DNA of 64,000 nucleotides from contig CACIBE010000008.1 of assembly GCA_902584805.1 (NCBI GenBank), positions 5,891-69,890 of the forward strand, in the 5' to 3' direction. This document shows positions 52,555 through 60,723 of this stretch, one piece after another. How positions within the stretch are numbered: the first letter of the stretch is position 1; each line of letters begins with the position of its first letter. The notes under the pieces were generated by a model. That model saw only the letters and a program-made list of their open reading frames with translations. It searched no databases and had not been told where the DNA came from. Source of the stretch: an uncultured Alphaproteobacteria bacterium. Lineage in GTDB: Bacteria; Pseudomonadota; Alphaproteobacteria; HIMB59; GCA-002718135. The translations under genes were made by a program, and so were the position numbers.

Positions 52555-53385
52555 ATGAAAATTTTCAGAAAAGCAAGTGAATTAGAGCCAAATTTAGTTT
52601 CAATCAAAGACAAAGGCCAGTCTATTGGTTTAGTTTTAACAATGGGAAACTTACACGATGGACATTTATCTCTCATTAGAGAAGCACAATTACATAACGA
52701 ATTTGTGATCTGTTCAATATTTATTAATCCTACTCAATTTAACAATGAAAATGATTTCAATTCTTATCCAAAGACAATTGATAAAGATATTTCTAAATTA
52801 GAAAATATTGGTTGTAATGCACTCTTCTTACCTGAAGTACAAGAGATATACCCTAAAGGATTGGCAAAGAAAAAAATTGTAAACAATTTTAGAAATATTT
52901 TATGTGATAAATTGCGACCTGGCCATTTTGATGGAGTTACTACTGTTGTGGATCTTTTTTTTAATATGATTAAACCAACGAATAGTTATTTTGGTGAGAA
53001 GGATTTTCAGCAAGTAAAAATAATACAAGATTTAGTAAAAATTAATCATCACAATATTAAAATAATTCAATGTCCATCTGTACGAGATAAAATGGGTATG
53101 AGTTTATCTTCAAGGAACTCTAAATTTTCTAATGATCAATTAAAAATTTTCAATGTATTAGGAAATAAAATTAAAGAACATATTAATCTATTAACGCAAA
53201 ATGAAATTAATAATTTAGATCAATTAAAAATAGAGCTTCTTCAAAATAATATAAATAAAATTGACTATTTAGAGATAAGAAATGAAAATAATTTAGAATT
53301 AACAAAAAATTATTCTAAAGCTAGATTATTTATTGCTTTATATATTGGTGATATAAGAATTATTGACAATTTTAAGTTATATTAA
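52555..53385 (+). CDS. panC: pantoate--beta-alanine ligase
   Basis: 276 aa with TMGNLHDGHLSL (HIGH-like) and FGEKDFQQ. Confidence 0.9.
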   Translation: MKIFRKASELEPNLVSIKDKGQSIGLVLTMGNLHDGHLSLIREAQLHNEFVICSIFINPTQFNNENDFNSYPKTIDKDISKLENIGCNALFLPEVQEIYPKGLAKKKIVNNFRNILCDKLRPGHFDGVTTVVDLFFNMIKPTNSYFGEKDFQQVKIIQDLVKINHHNIKIIQCPSVRDKMGMSLSSRNSKFSNDQLKIFNVLGNKIKEHINLLTQNEINNLDQLKIELLQNNINKIDYLEIRNENNLELTKNYSKARLFIALYIGDIRIIDNFKLY

Positions 53386-53990
53386 GGTATTAACCAATTA
53401 TATTCTAGTTCACTATTATTAAATGTTAATTTTAATCTACGATGACCTGAAATTTCTAAATAAAGCCAATCAATTTCATTAATTTTATTTTCAACTACTG
53501 TAAAATTTTTATATCCTTTTTCACTTTCTTCATGACTTGGCTCCTTGCCGGTTAAGTGTTCAGGGATACCATCTTCTGGAAACTCTGTGATTGAACTTGG
53601 ATCTTTCAATGTTAAGTAACATTTTCTACTAAACAATCTTGTTTTATCCCACATTTCTTTAGCTGTATCATTTTGATTATTAACCAAAGACGTTGTTTTG
53701 ATTCGCATTTGAATTTTTAATTTATGATCATAAAACACAAATTGAGAACTACTATTTTTTTTTAAATTAGGCACTTTGGGAGATCTGAAGTCTGTGTGAA
53801 AATTTAGTGTCATGCTACTGGGATCAAATTTTCTTAAGACTACAACTCTAGAATCTATTCCACCTTTACTATCAATATTACTAAAGACTGGCGTATGAAA
53901 TGCGTGTTTTCTATCTTTAACTCCTCTTGTTAAATTTTTCTTTATATCCTCAAATATTTCTGCAGCATTTTCTTTTGAAGAAGTCGACAT
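53382..53990 (-). CDS. pyridoxamine 5'-phosphate oxidase-like FMN-binding protein (function unknown)
   Basis: 202 aa. RKHAFHTPVFSNID...SRVVVLRKFD resembles the PPOX class split-barrel family. Recognition is from memory only. Confidence 0.5.
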   Translation of the reverse strand: MSTSSKENAAEIFEDIKKNLTRGVKDRKHAFHTPVFSNIDSKGGIDSRVVVLRKFDPSSMTLNFHTDFRSPKVPNLKKNSSSQFVFYDHKLKIQMRIKTTSLVNNQNDTAKEMWDKTRLFSRKCYLTLKDPSSITEFPEDGIPEHLTGKEPSHEESEKGYKNFTVVENKINEIDWLYLEISGHRRLKLTFNNSELEYNWLIP

Positions 53991-54031
53991 TGTTATTGTA
54001 ATATAAATTGTTTTGAAGAAATAGCTAGATA

Positions 54032-54826
54032 ATGGAAATAAATAAAATTACGAATTTATTGAATCTGGAGCATGTTAAGTTTTTAATATCTATCTTTAAA
54101 GAAAATAATATTGAAATTCGATTAGTAGGAGGTTGTATACGAGATGCTCTTCTTGAAAGAGAAATCAAAGATATTGATACAGCGACAACTTTGGAGCCTG
54201 AAGATGTTTTGTCATTACTAAAAGAGAACAATATTGAGTATGATGATTTTGCTATTCAATATGGATCTATAATTGCTTATCCTCATAATCGAAAAATACA
54301 AATTACAACTTTACGTGAAGATGTTAATCAAATGGGAAGACATACAAATGTAATTTACACCAACAGCTGGAAAAAAGATTCAGCCAGAAGAGATTTTACT
54401 TTCAATGCTTTATATGTGGGAAACAATAATAAACTCCATGATTATTACAATGGCCAATCAGATTTAAATGAAAGTAAAATTTGTTTTATTGGTGAAATAG
54501 AGGATAGAATAAAAGAAGATTACTTAAGAATCTATCGATACTTTAGGTTTAGAGGTTTATTTAATTTACCTAAAACATCTTTAAGTGATCAAAAGATTGT
54601 AGAAAAATATATTCACGAATCTTTGGCAGTGTTGACCAACGATGTAATAAGACAAGAAATATTAAAAATGTTTAATATGTCTTTTCCATTAAATTGTTTT
54701 TACATATCTCATCAAACGTTACAAAAATTCAAATGGGTTGAAATAGTGCAAGAGCATTTTATACGAACAAAATACGACCTTGGATTAAATAAATGTCTGA
54801 ATAAGATTGATAATTTAATAAATTAG
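54032..54826 (+). CDS. tRNA nucleotidyltransferase / poly(A) polymerase-family protein, short form
   Basis: 264 aa. Head-domain motifs LVGGCIRDALL, DIDTAT and RRDFTFNAL are present, but the protein is much shorter than the ~400-aa class II CCA-adding enzymes. Confidence 0.7.
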   Translation: MEINKITNLLNLEHVKFLISIFKENNIEIRLVGGCIRDALLEREIKDIDTATTLEPEDVLSLLKENNIEYDDFAIQYGSIIAYPHNRKIQITTLREDVNQMGRHTNVIYTNSWKKDSARRDFTFNALYVGNNNKLHDYYNGQSDLNESKICFIGEIEDRIKEDYLRIYRYFRFRGLFNLPKTSLSDQKIVEKYIHESLAVLTNDVIRQEILKMFNMSFPLNCFYISHQTLQKFKWVEIVQEHFIRTKYDLGLNKCLNKIDNLIN

Positions 54827-55236
54827 TTTTTTAGTTTACAATTTTCGCACAAACCAAATATTTCTAAATTATGTTTTTTATAATTGAAGTTATTTTTTTC
54901 TGCTTGTTTTGAAAAATAAGAAAATAAATTATTTCCAGTTAGCTCAGTAACACTATCACAGTTTTCACATATCAAAAAAGATGTAGAAGTTTTTGCATTA
55001 CATCCTTCATGTTTACAAGCAACGTAAGAATTTCTACTTTCTATTTTGTGAACTTTTCCAATTTCAATCAATTTATCGAGTGCCCTGTAAACTTGCAGAG
55101 GAGATTTTATTCCCATTTTTTGTATATCATAAAGAATTGTGTACGCCTTCATCGGTTCAGAAGAGTTTTCTAAAACTCCAAGAACTGTTTTTTGATTCTT
55201 AGTTAAATTATCCGATGCCAATCCCATATATCTCAA
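54823..55236 (-). CDS. zur: Fur-family transcriptional regulator, zinc uptake regulator-like
   Basis: 137 aa with a winged-helix N-terminal domain and two CxxC pairs (CENCDS, CENCK). It is the last gene of the znuC-znuB operon. Confidence 0.75.
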   Translation of the reverse strand: MRYMGLASDNLTKNQKTVLGVLENSSEPMKAYTILYDIQKMGIKSPLQVYRALDKLIEIGKVHKIESRNSYVACKHEGCNAKTSTSFLICENCDSVTELTGNNLFSYFSKQAEKNNFNYKKHNLEIFGLCENCKLKN

Positions 55237-55250
55237 TTACCAAATTGTTT

Positions 55251-56054
55251 TCATTTTTGCAACTTACCTCTCAACTCTAGTGGAATAAGAGAAATGATAA
55301 ATAATATTATCGCTATAACAATAATTGATGGTCCCGAAGAGGTATTCAATTCCAAAGAAGTAAATAAGCCAATTGTAACAGATAAAATACCAATTAATAT
55401 GGCTACAAATACCATTTGTTTTGGATTGTTAGTGATATTTCTCGATGCCGCTGCCGGTATTATTAGTAATCCTGTAATTAAAAGAGTCCCAATCATTTTT
55501 ATAGACAATGCAATAACTCCAGCTAGTAGTAGGGTAAAGATCATATTATATATGTTCGGTTTCATTCCTTCTGCTAAAGCTAGATCATAATTAACTGTAG
55601 CTGAAAATAATGATTTCCAAATAAAATATAAAATTCCTATAATTATAAAACCACCAATCCATACTAGAGCGATGTCTTCTACAGTTACTGCTAAGATATC
55701 ACCAAAAAGTAATCCCATAATATCAAAACGAATACTCGATAAAAAACCCATTAAAACCAAACCAATCGCAAGAGTAGAGTGAGCTAATAATCCAAGTAAT
55801 GAATCACCAGCCAATCTAGTCCTCTTTTGAAGATTGAGAAGAAGTAGAGCAATGACTGCCGATATTATAAACACAGAAAAGGCAATATTTAAACTGAAGG
55901 CATAGGCTAAAGTTACTCCTAGTAAGGCAGAGTGTGCTAAGGTATCACCAAAATAAGATAATCGTCTCCAAATTACTAAGCAACCTAGTGGCCCTGTAAT
56001 TATTGCAATACCGATACCTGCAACTAACGCTCTAGTAAAAAAATCATCAAACAT
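55251..56054 (-). CDS. znuB: zinc ABC transporter permease
   Basis: 267 aa, ABC-3 family permease (SYFGDTLAHSALLG). Confidence 0.9.
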   Translation of the reverse strand: MFDDFFTRALVAGIGIAIITGPLGCLVIWRRLSYFGDTLAHSALLGVTLAYAFSLNIAFSVFIISAVIALLLLNLQKRTRLAGDSLLGLLAHSTLAIGLVLMGFLSSIRFDIMGLLFGDILAVTVEDIALVWIGGFIIIGILYFIWKSLFSATVNYDLALAEGMKPNIYNMIFTLLLAGVIALSIKMIGTLLITGLLIIPAAASRNITNNPKQMVFVAILIGILSVTIGLFTSLELNTSSGPSIIVIAIILFIISLIPLELRGKLQK

Positions 56055-56797
56055 TAACTAGACACACTTCCGTCAGAATTATGTGTGTGATCATGATCGT
56101 GCTGATAATATGTCAACGTTTTTGATCTATGTTCACCAAATAATTCTATATAGGCTTTATCTTTTATAACTGTACTTGGTTTTCCTGAACAACAGATATG
56201 CCCATTTAAACAAACTACATGATCTGTAGCAGACATAACAAAATGCAAGTCATGGGAGACTAATAAAATTCCACAATTTAGGTTTGCAGAAATATTTTTG
56301 ATAATATTATAAAGATCAATTTCCCCATTAAAATCAACTCCTTGAACGGGTTCATCTAAGACTAGTAATTCTGGTTTTTTTGCGATAGCTCTTGCTAGAA
56401 GAACACGTTGAAATTCTCCACCAGATAGACCATGAATTTGTTCCTTGAAAAGTTTTTCTACTCCAGTTTGATTTAAAGATTCACTAACTTCATTATTGCT
56501 GAGATTATTGGTTAATCGCATGAAATCTACAACTCGTAATGGCATTGTCCAATCGATATTAATTTTCTGAGGAACATATGCGATTTTATCTGTGTACCTT
56601 TTCATTGAACCTTCATCAGGTTCAAGAATACTTAGCACCATTTTAGCTGTTGTTGTCTTTCCAGAACCATTAGGTCCTATTAGCGTAACTATTTGACCAC
56701 GCCTTACTTCAAGAGATACACCTTTTATCAACCATTTTGGAGACTTATAAACACCTGCGTTTTCCAAATTTACTAATAAATTATTTTTACTACTCAT
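56054..56797 (-). CDS. znuC: zinc ABC transporter ATP-binding protein
   Basis: 247 aa with Walker A GPNGSGKTT, LSGGEFQR and a His-rich C-terminal tail (HDHDHTH). Confidence 0.9.
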   Translation of the reverse strand: MSSKNNLLVNLENAGVYKSPKWLIKGVSLEVRRGQIVTLIGPNGSGKTTTAKMVLSILEPDEGSMKRYTDKIAYVPQKINIDWTMPLRVVDFMRLTNNLSNNEVSESLNQTGVEKLFKEQIHGLSGGEFQRVLLARAIAKKPELLVLDEPVQGVDFNGEIDLYNIIKNISANLNCGILLVSHDLHFVMSATDHVVCLNGHICCSGKPSTVIKDKAYIELFGEHRSKTLTYYQHDHDHTHNSDGSVSS

Positions 56798-56814
56798 TTT
56801 TCTATTTACAATGC

Positions 56815-56837
56815 AAAATGTAATATTATAACATTAC
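56815..56837. promoter_or_regulatory. Zur box in the znuC/znuA divergent promoter region
   Basis: AAAATGTAATATTATAACATTAC contains the 18-bp palindrome GTAATATTA|TAACATTAC (16/18 symmetric). It matches the proteobacterial Zur consensus GAAATGTTATANTATAACATTTC (quoted from memory) at about 19 of 22 defined positions. It lies 18 nt from the znuC ATG and 38 nt from the znuA ATG. Confidence 0.7.
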
Positions 56838-56874
56838 ACTATTTAACAGACTTATTTTTAATAGGAATACTTTT

Positions 56875-57885
56875 ATGAAACAAACGAATTTTTTTCTACA
56901 TATATTTAAGATTATTTTGTTTTCAGGAATTCTTGTTGCAACTGCATCTGCAAGAGCAGAGTTAAAGGTTGTTACTACAATTAAACCACTACATTCATTA
57001 ATTTCAAACGTTATGGATGGAATAGGTGAGCCTGGACTCATAATCGATGGAAGTATATCACCACACAGTTTTACAATGAAACCTTCTCATGCGAAAATGC
57101 TTGAAGAAGCAGATGTCATTTTTTGGATTGGAGAGGGTATTGAAACATCAATGGAAGAACCTCTAGACACAATTGCAAAAGATGCAGAAGTAATTGAATT
57201 TATGGAACTTGATTCAATTGCTAAATTAAAATTTAGAGAAGAATCAATTTTTGGTGACCATGACGATCACGACGACCACGATGACCACGATGATCATGAC
57301 GACCACGATGATCACGATGACCATGATGATCATGACGACCACGATGATCATGACGACCACGATGACCACGGCCATGCACACGGTGAATTTGATGCTCACA
57401 TTTGGCTAGATCCAATGAATGCTAAAGAAATGGTTCATGAAATAGCTCATGAGTTAGGTGATTTAGATCCTGCCAATAAAGAGAAATATGAAGCAAATGC
57501 TGAAGCAACAATTAAAGCTTTAGATCAGCTTATTAGTGATGTTGGTACAGATATTAATTCTGATGCAAAATTTGTTGTCTTCCATGACGCCTACCAATAC
57601 TTTGAAGAAAGATTTGGTGTAAGAGCTGCAGGAGCTTTAACATTGAATACTGATGTTTTACCTGGTGCGAAGCAAATAGCTGATATTCAGGATGTTATTA
57701 AGGATAAGGGAATAAAATGTATTTTCTCTGAACCTCAATTTAATCCAAAGATTATTAAAACAATAGCTGAGGACATGAATATCAAAACAGGAGTTTTTGA
57801 TCCTTTAGGTGCTAACATTGATGCTAGTAAGTCACTTTACTTTACGTTGATTAGTAATCTCGGGGACGAGCTTAAAGGCTGTTAA
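56875..57885 (+). CDS. znuA: periplasmic zinc-binding protein ZnuA with an expanded Asp/His-rich loop
   Basis: 336 aa with a signal peptide, the cluster A-I SBP fold (VVTTIKPLHSL, HIWLDP, HDAYQYF) and a DH(DDH)12 GHAHGE insert. Confidence 0.9.
   Translation: MKQTNFFLHIFKIILFSGILVATASARAELKVVTTIKPLHSLISNVMDGIGEPGLIIDGSISPHSFTMKPSHAKMLEEADVIFWIGEGIETSMEEPLDTIAKDAEVIEFMELDSIAKLKFREESIFGDHDDHDDHDDHDDHDDHDDHDDHDDHDDHDDHDDHDDHGHAHGEFDAHIWLDPMNAKEMVHEIAHELGDLDPANKEKYEANAEATIKALDQLISDVGTDINSDAKFVVFHDAYQYFEERFGVRAAGALTLNTDVLPGAKQIADIQDVIKDKGIKCIFSEPQFNPKIIKTIAEDMNIKTGVFDPLGANIDASKSLYFTLISNLGDELKGC
57256..57369 (+). repeat. in-frame 9-nt (DDH) tandem repeat, about 12.7 units, with an 18-nt higher-order unit
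   Basis: Codon-by-codon reading gives DH(DDH)12. The 18-mer gatgatcatgacgaccac occurs three times (57289, 57325, 57343), the last two in tandem. Confidence 0.95.
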
Positions 57886-57901
57886 ATTTTAATATTTAAA
57901 T

Positions 57902-57930
57902 AAATTCCACCTTGTATTAAGGTGGAATTT
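57902..57930 (+). terminator. perfect 12-bp hairpin after znuA (terminator or attenuator before the COG0523 operon)
   Basis: AAATTCCACCTT-gtatt-AAGGTGGAATTT followed by ATAAAA. The U-tract is short and partly inside the stem. Confidence 0.55.
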
Positions 57931-57956
57931 ATAAAACTAATTATAAGGAAATTGAT

Positions 57957-58928
57957 ATGGAAAATACTTCTCAGGTTCCAGTTACTGTTTTAACAGGGTT
58001 TCTTGGAGCTGGAAAAACAACTCTTTTAAATCGAATATTAACTGAACAGCATGGACGGAAATATGCCGTTATAGTTAATGAATTTGGTGAACAAGGTATC
58101 GACAATGATCTTGTTGTTGATGCTGATGAAGAAGTATTTGAAATGAACAACGGGTGCATTTGTTGCACTGTTAGAGGTGATTTAATTAGAATTCTAAGTG
58201 GCTTAATGAAACGTGCTGATAAGCTTGATGCAATTATTGTTGAGACAACTGGTTTAGCAGATCCAGCCCCAGTTGCTCAGACATTTTTTGTTGATCAAGA
58301 TGTTGCTGATAGAACAAAATTAGATGCAATTGTTACAGTTGCCGATGCTGTTCATCTAAGTTCTCAATTAGTCGATCATCATGAAGCAGAAGAACAAATT
58401 GCTTTTGCTGATGTAATTTTGTTAAATAAAGTTGAACTTGTTGGAGATAATGACATTGTAAAAGTTAATGATCGTATTAGAAAAATTAATCCTTTTGCAA
58501 AGATTATTAAAACAACACGTTGTGATGCACCTCTTGATGAAATCGTAGGCTTAAATGCATTTAGTCTAGATAGAGTATTAGATATTGAACCTGACTTTCT
58601 TGAATCAGAACATGATCATGAACATGATGATGATGTTACTAGTCTATCCTTTGTATCTGATACACCATTAGATATGGATAAGTTTCAAGATTGGTTTGGA
58701 AATTTACTCAGGACTAAGGGTCAGGATATTCTTCGATCAAAAGGCATTTTGAATTTTAAAGGTGAAGATGAGCGATATGTGTTTCAAGGAGTACACATGC
58801 TCATGGATGCTTCTCCAATGGGGCCATGGCCAAAAGGAAAAGATAGAAGTTCTCGAGTAGTTTTTATTGGTCGTGACCTTGATAATATGAACCTTAAGGA
58901 AGGCTTTGAAAATTGTAAATCAGCATGA
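57957..58928 (+). CDS. COG0523-family (CobW/ZigA/YeiR-like) metallochaperone GTPase
   Basis: 323 aa with Walker A GFLGAGKTT, the metal-binding motif GCICCT, a His/Asp/Glu-rich linker (ESEHDHEHDDD) and the CobW C-terminal domain. Confidence 0.85.
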   Translation: MENTSQVPVTVLTGFLGAGKTTLLNRILTEQHGRKYAVIVNEFGEQGIDNDLVVDADEEVFEMNNGCICCTVRGDLIRILSGLMKRADKLDAIIVETTGLADPAPVAQTFFVDQDVADRTKLDAIVTVADAVHLSSQLVDHHEAEEQIAFADVILLNKVELVGDNDIVKVNDRIRKINPFAKIIKTTRCDAPLDEIVGLNAFSLDRVLDIEPDFLESEHDHEHDDDVTSLSFVSDTPLDMDKFQDWFGNLLRTKGQDILRSKGILNFKGEDERYVFQGVHMLMDASPMGPWPKGKDRSSRVVFIGRDLDNMNLKEGFENCKSA

Positions 58929-59962
58929 ATGCTGATCTAGAAACACTTCAAAAATCAAATAAAACTGAACTTGAAAGAAGAGGTTCAATTTTTAATATTG
59001 GAGCCCCAGCTACAGAAGCGGTTACAATTCGTGATCAAATAGCGGTAGGATTTGGAGACGGTACTGTAAGATTTTTTCAATCTGGATCTGATCCTAAAAC
59101 TGTTAAAGCACATAAGGGTGTAGTGTTGAGTATGACAAATTATGAAGATCATGTGTTAACGGGAGGAGAAGATGGACGTTTTCTAAAAATATCATCTGAT
59201 GGAAATATTGATGAAATTTTTAATTTTGGTTCAAAGTGGGTTGACTGTGTAGCTTCCCACAAAGATACTAAAGTTTGTTCATCAGGAAAGACTGTTTATA
59301 TTTGGACAAAAAACAAAGATAAACCAAAAACTTTAGAGCATCAAAGTACTGTTGCTGGATTAGCATTTGATAATAAAGGCAAGCGTCTTGCGGTCTCAAG
59401 ATACGGTGGAGTAACAGTGTGGAAACTTAATAATAATAAATGGACAGCATCAAATTTTACATGGAAAGGATCGCATGGAACTGTAACGTTTAGCCCAGAT
59501 ACAAAATATATTGTAACTGCAATGCAAGAAAATCAAATTCATGGTTGGCGCATAAACGACAAAGCTGATTTAGCAATGAGAGGTTATCCATCAAAAATTA
59601 AAAGTTTTACTTGGGTTGGTGATACACCGTATTTGGTAACATCTGGATCCAGTGATGCAGTTTGCTGGCCATTTGATGGTAAAGAAGGACCAATGGGGAG
59701 AAAGCCAATTGTTGTTGCAAACGGTGGTAAAGAACTTGCAACATTTGTTAAAGCACTAAATGGAGAAAAAGCTGTTTTCACCGGTTTTACAGATGGGTCA
59801 GTTTTATTAGCAGAAATTGATGAAAGTAAAAAACCAATTATGATTAGAAGTTCAACAGGTGCAGAAGTTTCAACAATAGCGATATCTAGTGATAATTCAC
59901 AAATATTAATTGGGGATATGAAAGGTTCTATTCTTTTATCATCTTTATGGGCAGACAATTAA
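58925..59962 (+). CDS. WD40-like beta-propeller protein
   Basis: 345 aa with 7-8 blade-like repeats (GDGTVRFF, GEDGRFLKI, GKTVYIW, YGGVTVWKL, ENQIHGWRI, SSDAVCWPF, TDGSVLLAEI, DMKGSILLSSL). ATGA overlap with the COG0523 gene. Confidence 0.7.
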   Translation: MNADLETLQKSNKTELERRGSIFNIGAPATEAVTIRDQIAVGFGDGTVRFFQSGSDPKTVKAHKGVVLSMTNYEDHVLTGGEDGRFLKISSDGNIDEIFNFGSKWVDCVASHKDTKVCSSGKTVYIWTKNKDKPKTLEHQSTVAGLAFDNKGKRLAVSRYGGVTVWKLNNNKWTASNFTWKGSHGTVTFSPDTKYIVTAMQENQIHGWRINDKADLAMRGYPSKIKSFTWVGDTPYLVTSGSSDAVCWPFDGKEGPMGRKPIVVANGGKELATFVKALNGEKAVFTGFTDGSVLLAEIDESKKPIMIRSSTGAEVSTIAISSDNSQILIGDMKGSILLSSLWADN

Positions 59963-59972
59963 AGGAGAAAAT

Positions 59973-60227
59973 ATGTTTAATCGTAAAACTCAAAATGTTG
60001 AAAAAATAAGAAATCTTAAACATTTAATTTCTAAGAAATATAAATTACCAGAAAATACTATAATAAGTATTGCTGAGCTTAGTTGTCATGAGCCTGATTG
60101 TCCACCAATCGAAACTGTAATTACTGCAAGAAATGAAGACGGATCAATGAAAAATTGGCGAGTTGCAAAATCAATAGAAGAAATAGAGGAGTCAGATATT
60201 AATAATCTAACAAACCACACCCATTAG
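59973..60227 (+). CDS. hypothetical 84-aa protein with a CxxxxC motif
   Basis: AGGAG lies 7 nt upstream. Contains SCHEPDCPPIETVI and a C-terminal NHTH. I recognise no family. Confidence 0.5.
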   Translation: MFNRKTQNVEKIRNLKHLISKKYKLPENTIISIAELSCHEPDCPPIETVITARNEDGSMKNWRVAKSIEEIEESDINNLTNHTH

Positions 60228-60248
60228 ATTATTAAATTTAGAATAAAA

Positions 60249-60656
60249 ATGTCAAAAAAACAAAAAGAAATAATATTATCTGTTTGTCTCACATGTACCC
60301 TTAATAAAGCTCAAAATAATAATAAACTTGCAGGAGAAAAACTTGCACAAAAATTAATTAATAAATTTAAAAATACAAAAAATGTAACTTTAAGAGGTGT
60401 AAATTGCATGAGTAATTGTAAACGTTCATGTATTGTATCCTTTACCGCAGAAAATTGTTTTACCTATGTGTTTGGAGATATAGATCCTGAAAATTCTGCT
60501 TATATTGATTCAATAGAGGAACTGCTATTATCCTATAGCAAATCTGATGATGGTTTTTTGAGACGTAGACATAGACCTGAAATATATAGATCTAATATCG
60601 TTGGTAGATTTCCTCCAATAAATAGTAAGTCAGATATTATTATTAATTTAAAATAG
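60249..60656 (+). CDS. DUF1636-family putative metal-binding protein
   Basis: 135 aa. CLTC...VNCMSNCKRSC...RPEIYRSNIVGRFPP fits the DUF1636 pattern (thioredoxin-like ferredoxin fold, usually found beside cobW). Recognition is from memory. Confidence 0.65.
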   Translation: MSKKQKEIILSVCLTCTLNKAQNNNKLAGEKLAQKLINKFKNTKNVTLRGVNCMSNCKRSCIVSFTAENCFTYVFGDIDPENSAYIDSIEELLLSYSKSDDGFLRRRHRPEIYRSNIVGRFPPINSKSDIIINLK

Positions 60657-60723
60657 TAAAATTTTAAAAAAAATTAAATTATAATTATTTATTTCTGAAT
60701 TTTGTTTAATTTAGAATGTATTA

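Noticed and set aside
54025-54231. 68-aa minus-strand ORF overlapping the 5' end of the nucleotidyltransferase gene, and a 71-aa minus-strand ORF at 56826-57041 overlapping the znuA start and the Zur box
   Set aside because: Both overlap better-supported genes on the opposite strand. Neither has a recognisable motif.
57233-57415. Minus-strand 60-aa ORF encoding a His/Arg/Gly/Asp-rich repeat protein
   Set aside because: It is the reverse-complement reading of the DH(DDH)12 repeat inside znuA (GAY/CAY codons read backwards as RTC/RTG). It has no independent start context and is entirely contained within a well-supported gene.
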